DNA from: Nanoarchaeum equitans Kin4-M
GTDB taxonomy: Archaea > Nanobdellota > Nanobdellia > Nanobdellales > Nanoarchaeaceae
Assembly: GCA_000008085.1 (NCBI GenBank)
Contig: AE017199.1
Location: 240,001 to 272,000, forward strand
Direction of reading: 5' to 3'
DNA length: 32,000 bases
The notes under the pieces were generated by a model. The model was given only the letters and a program-made list of their open reading frames with translations. It searched no databases and had not been told where the DNA came from. A program made the translations under genes and the position numbers. Within the stretch, counting starts at the first letter, position 1. The number at the start of each line of letters is the position of its first letter. Below are positions 30,508 through 32,000 of this stretch, piece after piece.

Positions 30508-32000
30508 TAATAATAGTATAAACCTTGGGCTTTTTGCTCTCTATCCAATCTAGAACCAGGTTCATTAATTCTTGGTCTACCATTTACTTTTCTAATTGTT
30601 ATACCCATGTTTTTCAAAAACAAGTTTAGCCCTTCTTTTATAGGTAAAGGTTTATTTGCTTTCCCATATTTCGATGGCTCTCCTTCAAAAACCATTATCG
30701 AATCGCTTATGTATTCCATAAACATTAGATCGTGGTCTATAACGAAAGCGGCCTTGCCTTTTTCTTTAATTATATTTCTTATTGCTCTAGCTATTCTAAC
30801 CCTTTCTTCTATATCTAAAAATGCTGTTGGCTCGTCAATTAAATACAAATCTGCTTCTTTGAGTAAAGCGGCAGCGGTTATAACTTTTTGTAATTCCCCT
30901 CCGCTTAATGTGGTTAAATCGTGGTCGAACAATTCATATAATTCTAAAGGCCTTATTAATAGAGAATCATAAAATTCGTTTCTATAATTGGGATTCATTT
31001 GTTCGAACAATTTTCTAACAGTAACTTCTTTAGGCTCTATATATTGAGGTTTGTAGCTAATGGTTATTTTTTTCTCTATGGGCTTAACATCAAAATCTCC
31101 TTTTAATGCTCTAATAAATGTGGTTTTTCCTATACCATTTGGGCCAACAATACCTATTATTTCTTTTTTGTATACCTCTCCTTTTTCCGCTTCTAATTTG
31201 AAATTGCCCAAATCTATTGTAAATGGTTTCCATTCTAAATATATGGTTTTGCCCCTTTCTTTTTCAGTGCCTTCTAAGAAATATAATTCGAAATCTCTAA
31301 TTCTTATATTTTCGCTTTTTAAATAGCCTTTAAGGTATTCATTTATAGCAGTATTATTACCTTTGGGTTGGCTAAATTTTCCATAAGCCGCTTTTTGACC
31401 ATAAGCTATATGTATTAACTCTACTATATAGTCCAATATAAGCAAATCATGATCTATAACGATTTTAGTTTTATTTAGGGCTTTTATTTTAAGAGCTACC
31501 CTAAGCCTTTCTCTAATGTCTAAGAAATTCGTTGGCTCATCAAAAATATATACATCGCCTTCTTTAGATAAAGAGGCATAAATCAATAGTTTTTGCAGTT
31601 CTCCCCCGCTAAGGTTTTCTATTTTTCTGTCTAATATTTTGTCTAAGCCGAATTCTTTCAATAACGGGTTATCCAATTTTATTAGCTCTCTAACGGTTTT
31701 ACCCTTAAAAACCTCTCTAAGTTTTTGTATTTCTTGTATTTTATGTATAACCTTTATTTGCCCTTTAGATAACAATTCAAAATAGTTTTGCAATTCTGTA
31801 CCTTTGAATTTTTCTATTATCTCTTCCCAGCTATATTCTTTATTATAATCGCCGAAATTTGGTTTTAGTTGCCCACTCAATATTTTTATAGCTGTAGTTT
31901 TTCCTATTCCATTGGGCCCTAAAATTCCTATAGATTTGCCCATCTTTACTATTGGCAAGGAAAACAACCTAAAAGAGTTAGGCCCATATTGAAATACGAC
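30507..32000 (-). CDS. abcE1: ABCE1/RLI ribosome-recycling ATPase, C-terminal 497 aa (N-terminal Fe-S domain lies beyond the right edge)
   Basis: Two ABC domains (GILGPNGIGKTT ... LSGGELQK..IFDEP; GIVGPNGIGKTT ... LSGGELQK..LIDEP). The frame stays open upstream of the track start (..VVFQYGPNSFRLFSLPIVKMGK, cf. the H.YG.N.F.L..LP motif of RLI) to nt 32000. Confidence 0.93.
   Translation of the reverse strand, partial: VVFQYGPNSFRLFSLPIVKMGKSIGILGPNGIGKTTAIKILSGQLKPNFGDYNKEYSWEEIIEKFKGTELQNYFELLSKGQIKVIHKIQEIQKLREVFKGKTVRELIKLDNPLLKEFGLDKILDRKIENLSGGELQKLLIYASLSKEGDVYIFDEPTNFLDIRERLRVALKIKALNKTKIVIDHDLLILDYIVELIHIAYGQKAAYGKFSQPKGNNTAINEYLKGYLKSENIRIRDFELYFLEGTEKERGKTIYLEWKPFTIDLGNFKLEAEKGEVYKKEIIGIVGPNGIGKTTFIRALKGDFDVKPIEKKITISYKPQYIEPKEVTVRKLFEQMNPNYRNEFYDSLLIRPLELYELFDHDLTTLSGGELQKVITAAALLKEADLYLIDEPTAFLDIEERVRIARAIRNIIKEKGKAAFVIDHDLMFMEYISDSIMVFEGEPSKYGKANKPLPIKEGLNLFLKNMGITIRKVNGRPRINEPGSRLDREQKAQGLYYY

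Noticed and set aside
30507-31967. The track shows ABCE1 as a 486-aa ORF starting at a TTG, without the N-terminal Fe-S domain
   Set aside because: This is a window-edge artefact. The frame remains open to nt 32000 and the upstream residues still match ABCE1, so it is not a truncated gene.
1-32000. Search for split tRNA half-genes, tRNA introns, CRISPR repeats, rRNA, and IS/integrase genes
   Set aside because: The only GC-rich islands I could find are the five complete, intron-less tRNAs. I saw no regularly spaced direct repeats, no rRNA-like conserved blocks, and no transposase/integrase-like translations in the ORF track. This is a visual scan only, so short elements could be missed.

Overview
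This is an AT-rich (about 30% GC by eye), very gene-dense archaeal chromosome segment. It carries five intact tRNA genes whose stems are almost entirely G:C (Thr-CGU, Ser-GGA, Asp-GUC, Ala-GGC, Arg-UCG), which is the signature of a low-GC hyperthermophile. Core information-processing genes sit singly rather than in classical operons: aIF2-gamma, uS8, TFB, Pcc1, SepF, MCM, a TtuA/NcsA-type PP-loop enzyme, Nop10, a histone, DUF167, TruD, a Dph6-like PP-loop enzyme, a NOL1/NOP2/Sun m5C methyltransferase, eL34 and ABCE1. They are interleaved with many secreted or membrane-anchored proteins that have no recognisable family. The scattering, a histone with a 4-residue loop-1 insertion, and tRNA promoters placed for leaderless transcription all fit a nanoarchaeon (Nanoarchaeum equitans-like); this is my inference, not a database hit. 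I saw no rRNA, CRISPR array, transposase or integrase, or recognisable defence genes. The most interesting observations are: (1) a 1390-aa membrane-anchored giant protein whose N-terminal subtilase-like domain appears to have lost every catalytic residue. Its gene is broken exactly at the propeptide/mature junction, and no signal peptide is present. (2) A Dph6-type PP-loop enzyme fused to a GuaA-like glutamine amidotransferase domain that lacks its Cys and His. (3) Two orphan type-IV-pilus/archaellum-type platform (FlaJ/TadC) loci, one split into two coupled ORFs, with no ATPase or recognisable pilin nearby. (4) A very regular promoter geometry, including single palindromic TATA boxes that serve divergent genes. 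(5) A candidate C/D box sRNA between uS8 and TFB. (6) All seven convergent CDS pairs overlap at their 3' ends. All homology calls come from reading the supplied translations against remembered family motifs and need profile or structure searches to confirm.
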